Shown here piece by piece: positions 17,701 through 27,914 of a stretch of DNA of 64,000 nucleotides (position 1 is its first letter; every line of letters starts with the position of its first letter). The notes under the pieces were generated by a model that was not told where the DNA came from, did not search any database, and worked only from the letters and a program-made list of their open reading frames with translations. A program made the translations under genes and the position numbers. This DNA comes from Deltaproteobacteria bacterium (GTDB lineage: Bacteria > Myxococcota_A > UBA9160 > UBA4427), in NCBI GenBank assembly GCA_029261835.1, contig JAJDAO010000002.1, positions 6,167-70,166 of the forward strand, in the 5' to 3' direction.

Positions 17701-18731
17701 CAGAGCGCACCTCGCGTGTAGATGTAGCCGTAGGTGGAGATCGAGAGGCTCGCACCAGCCTGGCTGAACCGTGTTCGCAGCTGGCTCGACCCGTTGACCT
17801 TGATTTGCAGGTTCTGCCCGGTGCGCGCTGACGCTGGCTGGCGAAACCCAGTGACATTGAACTGGGAGACGCTCGGCGCGACGTCTGTTTGCGACGTTGC
17901 TGTGAAGAGCGCATACACACCGACCAGCGTCTCCAAGCCGGAATCCCACGAAGCGCAGAACATCGCGATCGCGTCTGGCGGCGCGCTCAGCGTGTAGTTC
18001 GTCGCCGTGGTCGTCGGCACGACCGAAACCGCATCGCCCACGGCCGCCAGCCAGTAGATGCGCTCCGAGTTGTCGGCGTCCTGGATGTACTGCTCGAGGT
18101 TCGAAGTCGCGTCGGTGAGGTGCCAGCCGATCTGCCGATAGAGCGTGTAGCCGGTGGCATCACTCAGCAGGTTGGCCGCGCTCGAGCTGGTGTCCCAGCC
18201 GAAGTCGACAGTCCCGTCCGGCATCGCGATCAGAAAGAAGCGATACCAGGTGTCGGCGGCGAGAGAGAGCGCCGAGGGGAATCCGCCGGCGTTGTCGCCA
18301 GCCGCCCACGCCGCGTCGATCTGCTTCGTGCGTGGGCCGGTGAAGGTGAGCGTCACCGAATCCGTGGAGTCGCGACACTTCGAGACGGCTCCGCCGGCCT
18401 CGACCGTGATGTCATGCGCTGAGTCGGCGACCGCGTTCTGGTGACGGAAGCCGTGGATATGACCGGCCGACGCGCTCTCCATCTGGGCGATCTTCGCGAT
18501 GGCATCTGCAAGGTCGGAGTCGTTCGCGGCGCCCTTCTGGCGTGTGACCGCGGCCTTCGTGAGCAGGAACCTGATATTGCCCAGTAGGTCGTTCTTGTGG
18601 TCCTGGTCGATGACGGTGCCGGCGACTCCGCCGCCGGTGTCCCTGTTTGCGAACCATCGCAGCGCGACGCCGTCGGCGCGGGCGGCAGGACGAGCTGCTA
18701 CCGAACCAGGATCGTTTTCGTCCAGTTGCAT
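17700..18731 (-). CDS. Tail fibre protein
   Basis: Mu-type baseplate anchor N-terminus (GTVIDQDHKNDL...DLADAI); ADTWYRFFLI...GYTLYRQIGW; follows gp48. Confidence 0.8.
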   Translation of the reverse strand: MQLDENDPGSVAARPAARADGVALRWFANRDTGGGVAGTVIDQDHKNDLLGNIRFLLTKAAVTRQKGAANDSDLADAIAKIAQMESASAGHIHGFRHQNAVADSAHDITVEAGGAVSKCRDSTDSVTLTFTGPRTKQIDAAWAAGDNAGGFPSALSLAADTWYRFFLIAMPDGTVDFGWDTSSSAANLLSDATGYTLYRQIGWHLTDATSNLEQYIQDADNSERIYWLAAVGDAVSVVPTTTATNYTLSAPPDAIAMFCASWDSGLETLVGVYALFTATSQTDVAPSVSQFNVTGFRQPASARTGQNLQIKVNGSSQLRTRFSQAGASLSISTYGYIYTRGAL

Positions 18732-18734
18732 TGG

Positions 18735-19328
18735 TCACGCTCCGTAGATGAAGACAGGCGTCTTGTGGATTGGCTTGAGCAGGTTGATCAGGAACTGCAG
18801 GCCGTCGCCGCCGATCGTGCCCATCGGATCACCGCAGACGGCGGCGCCCACGTAGGCCTCGTTGATGACGAACTGGGGCGAGTGGACTTCGAAGTAGTAC
18901 GAGGCATCGGCCCCGATCATCTCGTCGCCGCAGACAGCCGCTCCAACGCAGCTCGGCGAGAACTCGGTGATCGTGATCGCGAAACCGAAAGCGGCAGCCG
19001 TGTCGATAATGAACTGAGCCGTCAGATCGCCGCGACGCCTCAGCCGATGGAGAACCGCCTGCCGGCGAAGCTCCTGGGTACCCGCGAGATCCTCGGACAC
19101 GGGGAGGCCGAGTACTCGTTCCCAGTCGATGAGAAGCTCGTGGGTCGTGAACGGATCGACCGCATCCATGATCGCGGCCACGCTGTTGAAGACGCGGGCG
19201 AGTTCGTCAGAGAGTCCGAGCAGAACCTTCGTCCACTGGCGCCCCGTCTCGACCGGCAGCGCCTGTCCCGGCGGCTGCAGGCTGATCAGTTGCTGGAGAT
19301 ACTGATCAGAAGAGACCTGCAGGGGCAT
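18735..19328 (-). CDS. Baseplate protein, Mu gp48/YmfQ (DUF2313)
   Basis: LQPPGQAL, DPFTTHELLIDWERVLGLP, KPIH. Confidence 0.85.
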   Translation of the reverse strand: MPLQVSSDQYLQQLISLQPPGQALPVETGRQWTKVLLGLSDELARVFNSVAAIMDAVDPFTTHELLIDWERVLGLPVSEDLAGTQELRRQAVLHRLRRRGDLTAQFIIDTAAAFGFAITITEFSPSCVGAAVCGDEMIGADASYYFEVHSPQFVINEAYVGAAVCGDPMGTIGGDGLQFLINLLKPIHKTPVFIYGA

Positions 19329-19332
19329 CGTC

Positions 19333-20394
19333 TCAGCTCCATGTGATCGTGCCCAAGACAAACAGATTGCCAGCGGCGGCCGGCGTAACGTCGCCGACAG
19401 GCGAGGTCACATCGTGATCGGTTTCGCCGGCAGCGACCGAGATCGCCTCGCGGATGTGCGAGATCAGCAGCGTCGTGCCCGGCGCGGCCTCCCGGCGGAG
19501 TAGGTCCTCGAGCTCGGCGGTGACCGCGGCCTGCACCTCCGCCGTGCTCGGCGAGATCGTGATCGACAGGTCCAGCGTCTCGAGCGCCGGCGCCCCGACC
19601 GCGACGGTGCTCCCGACAGGGCGGAGCGCGTCCAGGTGAGACTGCATGCTCGTGAGCGCGGCAGCGTCCGGCGTGATCGGGACCAGGTTGTCGAGGACGA
19701 AGGCCACCGAGACCACGTCCATCCCGGACGGCGGAGGCGTCACCCACCAGCGCGTCACGTCGAGCGTCGGGTGGTCGCGTACCCACCGGTCCCAGTCGTC
19801 GGCGTTGCCGCCCTGCGCCGGCTTGGACATCGCCTCGAGAACGCGCTCGCGATAGCTCTCGGTGCCCTCCGGATCGACGCCACCCGTCAGCCCGCCGGCG
19901 TCGACTGTTGCCGTGGACGCGACGCCGGCGATCGGCGAGACGAACGAGAGCACGTCCAGTGCAGCAGCGTCGCCGGCTGCCCCCGCGTCTGTTGCCTCGA
20001 GGATCAGCGTCGCCTGACCGGCGGCCACGACAGCCTGGACCGTTACGTAGTATTCAACGCCCTCCCCGCTCTGCAGGACCGTTCCGCCCGGGATCACCTT
20101 GCCGTTCGTGCCGAGCACGGTCGCGGTTCCGGTAGACGCCACCGCGCCGAGTTCGTCGACACCCTGGAGCCGGCCCCAGCGCAGCAGCGCCTCCGCGTCA
20201 GCGGTGTCCGGGAACAGATCGCGGACCGCTGTATCGAGGCTCCCATAGATCTCGTGCGCAGCACCGGCCAACACCTCGCCGAGGACGTTGAGCACGGAGG
20301 CGCGGAGAAGCGGATCGGCACCTGGGTTCCGTTGCGCGATGTCGGCCAGCACCCGCTCGCGAAGCTCGGTGAGGGTCGGGCGATCAAGCGGCAC
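19333..20394 (-). CDS. Baseplate J/Mu gp47 protein
   Basis: RPTLTEL, LFPDTAD, GGVDPE, GGNADD, RPV. Confidence 0.9.
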   Translation of the reverse strand: MPLDRPTLTELRERVLADIAQRNPGADPLLRASVLNVLGEVLAGAAHEIYGSLDTAVRDLFPDTADAEALLRWGRLQGVDELGAVASTGTATVLGTNGKVIPGGTVLQSGEGVEYYVTVQAVVAAGQATLILEATDAGAAGDAAALDVLSFVSPIAGVASTATVDAGGLTGGVDPEGTESYRERVLEAMSKPAQGGNADDWDRWVRDHPTLDVTRWWVTPPPSGMDVVSVAFVLDNLVPITPDAAALTSMQSHLDALRPVGSTVAVGAPALETLDLSITISPSTAEVQAAVTAELEDLLRREAAPGTTLLISHIREAISVAAGETDHDVTSPVGDVTPAAAGNLFVLGTITWS

Positions 20395-20770
20395 GATCAG
20401 CGCTCCACGCGAAATCGAACGGCAGGCGCTCGGCTCCGCGCACGAGCGCGCCTAGGATCCCGATCGAATTCAGGCCCGTCCGCTCCACCGTCACCTCGAC
20501 GCTCTCCGCTACTCGATCGGTGATGAAATGAGCCAGGGCCTCGCGCACGTAGGCCTCGGCGTCAGCCAGGAGCTGGTCGGTGACCTTTCGCCCCTTGAGC
20601 TCGTGGAGACGGGAGCCGAGTTCCGGATCAGCCCACCAGGTGCCGCGCTCGAGGAAGAGCGAGAGCACGAGCGACGTCTCCAGATCCTCTCCCGTGGCCA
20701 GCTGTGTCCCGGCCAGCAAGAGATCTCCGGCCTCGGACCCTGAGTCCCATACGAGCTGCGCGTCGGCCAT
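20384..20770 (-). CDS. Baseplate protein, Mu gp46-like
   Basis: LETSLVLSLF, GTWWAD, GSRLHEL, AEAYVREAL. Confidence 0.88.
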   Translation of the reverse strand: MADAQLVWDSGSEAGDLLLAGTQLATGEDLETSLVLSLFLERGTWWADPELGSRLHELKGRKVTDQLLADAEAYVREALAHFITDRVAESVEVTVERTGLNSIGILGALVRGAERLPFDFAWSADRAA

Positions 20771-21348
20771 CAGGTCACCCCGGACGTCTGGCTGCCGCCC
20801 GAAGTCACGCCGCCATGCGTGTGAGGCAAGAACGGCTTTCCGTCGATCGTCGTCGGGGGCCCATCGATCGAAACGCCACTCGCCCCGCTGAGGCTGAGCT
20901 CGCCAGACGCATCGATCGAGACGTCATCTCCAGCCAGGGACAGTGAACCGCTGGCAGTGATCGAGACGTCTGTCCCCATGATCTCCACGCTGCCGTCTGC
21001 CTTGCAGCGAATCGCGACGCCGGCCGGCGTGTAGATCGTCGTCGTGCCGGGCGCTTCGCCCTTCGGCCGGTACCGGCGGTCGTCGATCACAGCGACAATG
21101 CCATGCGACCGTGCGCCGCCGGCGAAGAGCGCCGCCGCTTCCGCAGCGCCCGAAGCGTCGGGCGGCATCGGCACGGAGGAGAGCCCCAGAGGCTGGAAGT
21201 GTTCGACGCCGCTGTGGATCTCGTCGGCCAGCAGCTGCAGCTGAACGATCTGCCTTGAGCCACTGTCATCGACCAGCAGGACCACGCCTCGAGCGACGAT
21301 CGAAGAGATCGCCCGGCGCAGTGGCCTCAAGATTCGTGCCAGGTCCAC
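20770..21348 (-). CDS. Baseplate spike/assembly protein, Mu gp45-like
   Basis: VEHFQPLGLSSVP, GGARSH, DDRRYRP, C-terminal HTHGGV metal-binding tip. Confidence 0.88.
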   Translation of the reverse strand: MDLARILRPLRRAISSIVARGVVLLVDDSGSRQIVQLQLLADEIHSGVEHFQPLGLSSVPMPPDASGAAEAAALFAGGARSHGIVAVIDDRRYRPKGEAPGTTTIYTPAGVAIRCKADGSVEIMGTDVSITASGSLSLAGDDVSIDASGELSLSGASGVSIDGPPTTIDGKPFLPHTHGGVTSGGSQTSGVT

Positions 21349-21355
21349 GGCTGCC

Positions 21356-22408
21356 TCAGCCAAACAGCTCGGAACCTTGCTCCGGCTCCTTGAGCGGCTC
21401 CGGGACATAGGCTTCCGGTAGCGCCAACGAGAGAGACGTCACGCTGCCCCCTGACTGATCCACTGAGTAGGACGCCGAAGCGATGAGCATCTCGCGGCGA
21501 AGCCCCGCTAACTCGTCATCGACCTGCACCAGATGGTTCGGGCGCCAGAGTTCGCCGGTCGACTGGCGCCACCCCTGCACCGTCACGCCCAGCTGACGCG
21601 AGCGGCCGGCGCGGACAGCCGCCTCCCATCTCACCCGCTCGAGCAAGGTCCCCGAGTCACCCGGCTCCTCCGCAATCACAATGAACGGGCGATTGAGCTT
21701 GATCAGCGGATCCTTGGCCTCGGCCTTTGGGGATGCCGCCTCGAAGACAGAGAGAAGTGAAGTGCCCGCCTGCTGGCCCTTGCCGATGTAGTCCGAGTAG
21801 CGATCAGCGTCAGACCACGACCACGAGGCGTGCAGAACGTTCTCGCCGAGGAGCAGTGAGTCGCTGGCGCGGCCGGTGCCCGCCCGTGTCAGGACGAGAT
21901 CGCCGAGACCGTTCGACACGGCTAGGAGCCCTCGGTGCCGTCCGGCTCGCTCGATCGTCTCGTATACCGTCTCGCCCTGCTGGAGCTTCCACTTGGGGAA
22001 CGGCGCCCCGATCGGTGCCTCCGCCAAGACCTTGACGCCGAACGGCTTGCACAGCTCAGTCGCGAGCTGCAGCAGCGTCCGATCCTTCCATTCGCCGGAA
22101 GTGTGCACCGCTGAGCAGTCGACCAGCTGGCCGACGCGGTCACGGCCGCTCGCCGTGATCTCGTGAGTGCGGCCGTCGTGACTGCCGCCGATCTCGTCGA
22201 TGTATCCGGTGATTACCGGCTCGCCGGCGATCTGCACCTGGCACGAGAGACCCGGGTGGAGTTCTCGGCCCATCGCGTCACCAGGGCGGTTCTCACTCAC
22301 GCCGAGCGAGAACTTCCCAGCGCCGGACTCGATCGAGGTCGTGACCCGGATGCTCTTCCACCCTACGTAGCTCACCCCGTCCACGACCAGGGCCAGATCG
22401 CTAGGCAC
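21356..22408 (-). CDS. Baseplate hub protein, Mu gp44/P-like
   Basis: YVGWKSIRV, ITGYID, GRDRVGQLVDCS, QGWRQSTGELWRPN. Confidence 0.9.
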   Translation of the reverse strand: MPSDLALVVDGVSYVGWKSIRVTTSIESGAGKFSLGVSENRPGDAMGRELHPGLSCQVQIAGEPVITGYIDEIGGSHDGRTHEITASGRDRVGQLVDCSAVHTSGEWKDRTLLQLATELCKPFGVKVLAEAPIGAPFPKWKLQQGETVYETIERAGRHRGLLAVSNGLGDLVLTRAGTGRASDSLLLGENVLHASWSWSDADRYSDYIGKGQQAGTSLLSVFEAASPKAEAKDPLIKLNRPFIVIAEEPGDSGTLLERVRWEAAVRAGRSRQLGVTVQGWRQSTGELWRPNHLVQVDDELAGLRREMLIASASYSVDQSGGSVTSLSLALPEAYVPEPLKEPEQGSELFG

Positions 22409-23603
22409 TGACCAGGATCTCGAGCGGGCTGCCGCCGGGAATGAATCCCGGATGGCGGATCCCGTTGTGAGCCACGAGCTCCGCCTCGCGCGACACGTCG
22501 CCGTAGTAGCGGTGCGCAGCCACGAGGCTGGGCACAGGCCCGGCCGGCGTCACCGTCGCAACGCTGGGCAAGCGAGCACCGCGAGCGTCGAGATCTCGGA
22601 CGAGCGCGCTCTGCAGATCTCGCAGCGCCAGGTACGCCGCGTCGTCGCGGATGTCGCCGGCCGCCGTGATCTCGGCCTCGAACTCGTCGAACATGCGTCC
22701 GCGCAGTGCGAGCGCTTCGTCTCGGCTGCCGAGCTCGGCCCGCTGCGTGAGTCGCGCCATCTCGGCCAGCGACGTTCGCCGCACGATCCCCTGCAGCGCC
22801 GCCTGGTTCCGCGCCTCGGCCTGCCGGCTCCGCGTCGTGCCGGGCACCGCCATGTGGTCGTCGCCCCAGTTGCTCATCCTGCGCGCGAAGCGGATCGCCG
22901 AATTGACGTCGCCCATCCCGCTCGCATCGCGGATACGCGCCGTCATCTCCGCCACCAGGCGCTCCGGGTCCCTGACTGCGGCTGCAGCATCGGCCAGCGA
23001 CTGGAGAGACCGCAGCGTCGTAGAGACGGTCAGCGAGTAGCCGGTCACGCTCTTGACCTGACTCTCGATCACCGAGGTCGCGTCCTTAACCAGCTTGACG
23101 GCCGAGGCCTCGACGAACCCCGGTAGCCCGGAGACCGACCAGACGCGCAGGAAGTCCTCGGTTGCCGACGCGATTGCACCGTCCGCAGCGAGCATGACGG
23201 CCGGCGATGTAGCGGCCGATGCGCGCGGGCTCGACGGCGGCGACCACCGCACAAACTTGAGGCTGAATCTCGCCAGCCCGCCCTCTCGGGTCGACTCGGT
23301 CATCGAGCCGGGCTGGCATACGGCCTCGAGCGTCCCGTAGTACGGGTGCACGAGAGTGCCGTGGCCCGAGCGATTGCACGCCTCGATCAGTCGATCGCGC
23401 TGCAGGTCATAGTCGAGCCCGATGACCAGGGCCTCGATCGTGAACTCCAGCGGGATCCCGCCAAGGTCTTCCGGGTAGGCGTCATCACGGCCCGGATACG
23501 TGTGCACCTGGACGCTGCGCCCGAGCGGGAGGCGATGGCTCTGGACTCTGAACACCACACCCCGGAACGACGCGACGTCAGAGAACCGGTCCCGCCAAGA
23601 CAC
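22401..23603 (-). CDS. Mu gpN-like DNA circularization protein
   Basis: ASFRGV, HTYPGRD...EDLG, GTLVHPYYG, NGIRHPGF. Confidence 0.9.
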   Translation of the reverse strand: MSWRDRFSDVASFRGVVFRVQSHRLPLGRSVQVHTYPGRDDAYPEDLGGIPLEFTIEALVIGLDYDLQRDRLIEACNRSGHGTLVHPYYGTLEAVCQPGSMTESTREGGLARFSLKFVRWSPPSSPRASAATSPAVMLAADGAIASATEDFLRVWSVSGLPGFVEASAVKLVKDATSVIESQVKSVTGYSLTVSTTLRSLQSLADAAAAVRDPERLVAEMTARIRDASGMGDVNSAIRFARRMSNWGDDHMAVPGTTRSRQAEARNQAALQGIVRRTSLAEMARLTQRAELGSRDEALALRGRMFDEFEAEITAAGDIRDDAAYLALRDLQSALVRDLDARGARLPSVATVTPAGPVPSLVAAHRYYGDVSREAELVAHNGIRHPGFIPGGSPLEILVSA

Positions 23604-23613
23604 TGCCCCCTCC

Positions 23614-25269
23614 TCAGTAGGCCATCATCGGGCCCATCGTCACGTCGAACGGGACGTCTGGGTTGTCGCTCCGCACGCTCTTCGTCCGGAGTCCCTCGGC
23701 GAGCTCCACTCTGAGCAAGCCGCCCACGCCAACATTCTGCTGTCCGGACGCGGCTCCGGCCGCCGCAACAGCCGGCGCCGAGGCGATCGCACCGTCGAAG
23801 CCAAGGCGGGTCTTCAGGAAGTCCGGAAGGACGTCAGCGAACTCAAGGAACCCACCAGTGAGGTCAGACCAGAGGCCGGAGAAGAAGTCGCCAACCGCAT
23901 CCCAGTTCTTGATCAGCTTGTAGGCGCCGTAGCCCAGCAACGCGACAGCCGCGATTGCCAGGCCAACGGGGCCGAAAGCGAAAGTAAGTGCCGTCGCGAT
24001 CTTCGCAGACCCGAACAGGAAGATCGGCACGAGCGCCGCAACGCCCTTCGCGAGGAGTCCAACTGCGATCACGCCGGGACCCAACACCGTAAAGATTCCG
24101 CCGCCGATAGCTACCCACTGCATCGTTGCGGGCGAAAGTGCCGCGAACTTCTGCGACAGCATCGTGAGCCACTTGGTCATGGATGCGAAAGTCTCAAGCA
24201 GGCCCGACTTCTCGCCGAACGTGATCTGCGCCGCTTCTGCAGACGCCCTAAACAGCTCCATCTGAGCCTTAGCTCCCGCCATCTTCTTTCCGAAGGCCTC
24301 ATCGAGTGCGCCACCACTCTCTTCCAGCCCCTTCTTCCAGCCCTCCACGGTATCCATGTTCAACTGGAGCAAGCTGCTCAGCTTCGCGAACGCCTCATCG
24401 CCAGCAAGCGCCTTGAGGGCGGCCGCTTTCTGCTCGTCAGTCAAGCCGGCCATACCCGCCTGGAGATCCTTGAGGACGCCGATCATCGGGCGCATCGCGC
24501 CCGCCTCATCAAAAGCCGAGACGCCAAGGAACTTCAGAGCCTTGACCGCTTCCCCTGTCGGTGCGGTAAGCCGAGTCATTACGGTCCGAAACGCGGTCCC
24601 GGCCCTGGCCCCCTTGTTGCCTCCCTTCGCGAAACCAGCCAAGATCGCCGACGTCTCCTCTAGCGAAATACCCATAGTAGCTGCAGTCGGACCGGCCTCC
24701 CGCATGGCCTCGGTAAGCTGCGGCACTGTCGTAGCCACCAAGCCAGACGTCTTGAAGAAGATGTCGGCCACGCGATCCGCCTCCGCCACATCCATCTTGA
24801 GTGCGCTGAGCGTATCCGAGAGGTTTTCGATCGCCTCCGCCGGCTCTAGCCCGACGGTCTTTGCCATCTTCAACGACGTCTCTGCGAGCGCGTCGAACTC
24901 AGGCGTCAGCGCTTGCGCACCAGTCGAGAGAACCTGATAGAACGAATCGGCCACCGCCGTCGCGGAAATGCCTAGCTTCTGCGATAGTGCCAGAGCGCTC
25001 TCGCTCATCCCGCTTTCCATTTGAGCCATGGCCTCTTCGGTCCCACTGGCCATGGTCATCGTGTTCTTCATCGCGGCCTCAAAGTCGGAGGCAGTCTTGA
25101 GCGTCAGCACACCGAGTGCAGCGATGGGAGCCGACAGTCCGCGCGTTATGCTGCTGCCAACGCTCGTCGCGCTCGCGCCGAACTTCTTGATGTCCTTCTG
25201 GCCCTGCATCAGGGTCGCAGAGAGCCTATTGACCCCGAAGAGCGTTACGGTGAGCTTCTTCGCGCGCAT
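23614..25269 (-). CDS. Tail tape measure protein
   Basis: Ala/Gly-rich helical; GARAGTAFRTVMTRL, IKNWDAV. Confidence 0.9.
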   Translation of the reverse strand: MRAKKLTVTLFGVNRLSATLMQGQKDIKKFGASATSVGSSITRGLSAPIAALGVLTLKTASDFEAAMKNTMTMASGTEEAMAQMESGMSESALALSQKLGISATAVADSFYQVLSTGAQALTPEFDALAETSLKMAKTVGLEPAEAIENLSDTLSALKMDVAEADRVADIFFKTSGLVATTVPQLTEAMREAGPTAATMGISLEETSAILAGFAKGGNKGARAGTAFRTVMTRLTAPTGEAVKALKFLGVSAFDEAGAMRPMIGVLKDLQAGMAGLTDEQKAAALKALAGDEAFAKLSSLLQLNMDTVEGWKKGLEESGGALDEAFGKKMAGAKAQMELFRASAEAAQITFGEKSGLLETFASMTKWLTMLSQKFAALSPATMQWVAIGGGIFTVLGPGVIAVGLLAKGVAALVPIFLFGSAKIATALTFAFGPVGLAIAAVALLGYGAYKLIKNWDAVGDFFSGLWSDLTGGFLEFADVLPDFLKTRLGFDGAIASAPAVAAAGAASGQQNVGVGGLLRVELAEGLRTKSVRSDNPDVPFDVTMGPMMAY

Positions 25270-25555
25270 AGTTGATCCGCTCCGCTTGGTCGCAGTAATA
25301 GATGAATTGTGACCACGTCAGGCGATCGATCTCCGACGGTGGCCAGCGGAAGAAGAAGGCCAGGTCTACAGCCCATCGTCGCCAGTTTGGATGGACAAGT
25401 GGCCTGAACAGCGGTGGCACTCGACTGATCTTCTCGAGATACTCGCGCTCAACTGCACTCAGGGAATCCAGCTGCTCTTCGGGGGTCAGATCTTCTGGCG
25501 CATGCCGCCACGGATGCCCTAGGCCTCCGTCCCTGAGACCAGGTCTCCTAAAAAA
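25226..25555 (-). CDS. Frameshifted extension of tail assembly chaperone (gpE'/gpGT equivalent)
   Basis: -1 frame from slippery TTTTTTA (25549-25555) is open to 25226 and encodes DLAFFFRWPPSEIDRLT (GpE' motif). Confidence 0.75.
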   Translation of the reverse strand, partial: FFRRPGLRDGGLGHPWRHAPEDLTPEEQLDSLSAVEREYLEKISRVPPLFRPLVHPNWRRWAVDLAFFFRWPPSEIDRLTWSQFIYYCDQAERINYAREEAHRNALRGQ

Positions 25556-25854
25556 TAGACCAGAGCCTGCTGGCAGCGTTTCACGTCGCGCATCTTCAGC
25601 TCGCCTGCGCTGGACATTGGAATGCCCGCGGAGATCGAAATATAGGCAGTGACCGTCGCCACGCCTCCCGTCACACTATCGGACCGCTGCATCTGCTTGA
25701 GGGTGGGGTCGTGAAACAGCAGCACGGACCGCTCTTCGCCGTGCGCCTTGATCGGGCGCTGCAGCGGGACCTCGATCACATCCTCGCCGTCCTCGTCGAT
25801 GAACTTGAAGCAGCCGTTGCCGAAGGGTTCCTTCTCCACAGTTGTTTCACTCAT
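25519..25854 (-). CDS. Tail assembly chaperone (FluMu gp41-like)
   Basis: PLQRPIKAHGEE...PT...ELKMRD; lies between tube and tape measure. Confidence 0.8.
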   Translation of the reverse strand: MSETTVEKEPFGNGCFKFIDEDGEDVIEVPLQRPIKAHGEERSVLLFHDPTLKQMQRSDSVTGGVATVTAYISISAGIPMSSAGELKMRDVKRCQQALVYFLGDLVSGTEA

Positions 25855-26222
25855 GCCGACAGATTCTCATCGATGGGCGGGCCTTCGAACACCACGCCGA
25901 TCTCGCCTTCCTGCGTGTCCAGCTCGATCTCTCCGGTCTGCACTCCGCCGGCCTGCACATAGCGCTTGCCGTTGGCAAGTTCGACGGTCACCGTACCCTC
26001 GTAGCTCTGCAGGTCCTTCAGCGCGAGATCGCCGCGGTCAGTGATCGACCCTTCGATCTTTGAGTTGTCGATCGATTCAGAGGCTCCCTGCCAACCGTTC
26101 GGGCCGCCATCGATCGGAGAGCGCTTTGTCCCGCCGATCTTGACCTTGAATGACCCTTTCGCGTCGTACTGGACGCCATCGAGCAGCAGGAAGATCCTGC
26201 CCGCGCGAACTTGATTTGCCAC
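25851..26222 (-). CDS. Tail tube protein (Mu-like)
   Basis: AGRIFLLLDGVQYDAKG, TVTVELANGK, EGEIGVVFEG. Confidence 0.85.
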   Translation of the reverse strand: MANQVRAGRIFLLLDGVQYDAKGSFKVKIGGTKRSPIDGGPNGWQGASESIDNSKIEGSITDRGDLALKDLQSYEGTVTVELANGKRYVQAGGVQTGEIELDTQEGEIGVVFEGPPIDENLSA

Positions 26223-26252
26223 GGAGATTCCCTCCTCTGGAAGAGCGGCGTC

Positions 26253-27704
26253 CTACAGGCGATGCTGAAGGAGCGCGTCCACGTTGTAGAGCGGGTTAAT
26301 GATGTCGACGGCCAGCAGCGTCTGGAGGGCGTTTGGTCCCTGCCGCTGAAAGATCGAGTCCGCCTTGAACTGAGCGAGGTTCTCGACCAGGGCGGCGTCG
26401 GCCAGATCCTTGAACCAGGCGATCCCCTCGTCCTTGAGCCGCAGCGGCGTAAGAACTCGCTGACCGCCGGCCACCGGGATTCCGTCGTCGTCCTTCAGCT
26501 TGAAGCGCTGCGTCAGGAACTTGCGCGAGATCCGCTCGACCCACGACCAGCGCACATAGCTGAGCGTCAGCATGGTGGTGAGATCACGCAGGCCGGCGTC
26601 GATCACGTAGTTCGTGACCATCCGCTCGAGCGCCACCTCGCCCGATGCCGAGGTCACCATCGTCGCGATCCCAGCGGTGAGCAGCAGGTCTCGCTCCTGA
26701 CGCGTGAACCGGTCCTCGGCCGCCGGAGCCAGGGCCCCGGTCAGCTCCATTCCGGTGAAGCCTCGAGCCGGATCCGACTGCGCGGATGACGCTACCAAAC
26801 CGGCGGCGCGCGCCGCGAGCTCGGCCGGGGGCGTCGGGCTCTTGTTGATTCCGAGGACGACCTGGTAGGCAGAATCCAGACTCGTTCCGGCGAAGGTCGT
26901 CAGAGCGGCAACCGAGCCGGCCTTCGCCGCGATGGCGACGCCGTCGGTCATGGTGTTGCCGTCCCAGCGCGCTTCCAGCTCAGCCTCGAGAGCAGCGAGG
27001 TTCGCCGTACCAGTCCACGGCAGAACGATGAGGTTGTACGTCTCCCCCGGCAGCACGGTGATCGCGGTGGAGATATCCGGATCCCCAGCACCGCTCGCCA
27101 TGGCGACGTAGGTGACGGTCAGCCCATCGGGGCGGATCTCGCCGGGATTGTACGAGTCGCGCATGTCGATGTCGTTGCCGGCCTCGCCACCGTTGAGCGC
27201 CGTCACGATCACCTGCTCTTGCTGGCCGGGATTGACCGCGGCCTGCACGGGCAGCGAAGCGTGCGCATTGATTGCCGCAGCCAGGGCGGCAGCCGAGGCG
27301 ACCAGGTCGCTCGTGATCGAGATCTGGAGACGCACCCCGGCGATGTAGAGACCGAGCACGCCGCCCGACGGCGTCCCAGAGAGAGTGATCGTCCCCGCCG
27401 CGGCAACGGCCGCACCATCGTCGTCGAGGGCCACGCCCCAGACTTCCGTCTCTCGGTTCACCTCGCGTAGCGCCGCGATCAGGCGGGTGATCTGCGAGTG
27501 GGCTCCCCAATACTGCGGCGCCTGATCGTCGCGCGTCACGAGCTTCAGCGTTGCGGCAGCCACGGTGCCTACTGCGAGCCGCTGTCCTATCACGAGGATC
27601 TTGAACGGCTGTCCTGGGAGGCCGCGGACTGAGCGGCTGGGATCGATCTCGACGCGAACGCCGGGAACCAGTGTCGCCTGGAGCTGATTGAACGCGATCG
27701 ACAC
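26253..27704 (-). CDS. Contractile tail sheath protein (Mu gpL-like)
   Basis: VPGVRVEID, GEAGNDI, DPAR, ERDLLLTAGIAT. Confidence 0.92.
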   Translation of the reverse strand: MSIAFNQLQATLVPGVRVEIDPSRSVRGLPGQPFKILVIGQRLAVGTVAAATLKLVTRDDQAPQYWGAHSQITRLIAALREVNRETEVWGVALDDDGAAVAAAGTITLSGTPSGGVLGLYIAGVRLQISITSDLVASAAALAAAINAHASLPVQAAVNPGQQEQVIVTALNGGEAGNDIDMRDSYNPGEIRPDGLTVTYVAMASGAGDPDISTAITVLPGETYNLIVLPWTGTANLAALEAELEARWDGNTMTDGVAIAAKAGSVAALTTFAGTSLDSAYQVVLGINKSPTPPAELAARAAGLVASSAQSDPARGFTGMELTGALAPAAEDRFTRQERDLLLTAGIATMVTSASGEVALERMVTNYVIDAGLRDLTTMLTLSYVRWSWVERISRKFLTQRFKLKDDDGIPVAGGQRVLTPLRLKDEGIAWFKDLADAALVENLAQFKADSIFQRQGPNALQTLLAVDIINPLYNVDALLQHRL

Positions 27705-27707
27705 GGC

Positions 27708-27911
27708 CTACTCCTTTCTCTCGCTGGCGTCCGCCGTCACCGGCTTCGCCTGCTTCTTCGGTGTCGCCTTGACCACGTCGCCGTCACGCAGGCGGCGCAG
27801 CCAATAGGTGCTCTTCTCGACCTCTGCACCCTCTTCCGGCAAGACGCCTTCGCCGGGAGGCGGGATCGGTACCTGGATGTCCTTGCTCGTGGGCCGAATG
27901 AAAAGGGTCAT
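27708..27911 (-). CDS. DUF2635/Mu gp38-like protein
   Basis: LPEEGAEVEKSTYWLRRLRDGDV. Confidence 0.85.
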   Translation of the reverse strand: MTLFIRPTSKDIQVPIPPPGEGVLPEEGAEVEKSTYWLRRLRDGDVVKATPKKQAKPVTADASERKE

Positions 27912-27914
27912 TGC

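Noticed and set aside
14165..18731. Diversity-generating retroelement or invertible tail-fibre cassette
   Set aside because: No reverse transcriptase, invertase, TR/VR pair or flanking inverted repeats were seen
17700..27911. Tailocin/eCIS/T6SS interpretation of the contractile tail genes
   Set aside because: Terminase, portal, capsid, integrase and att sites are all present, so this is a full prophage
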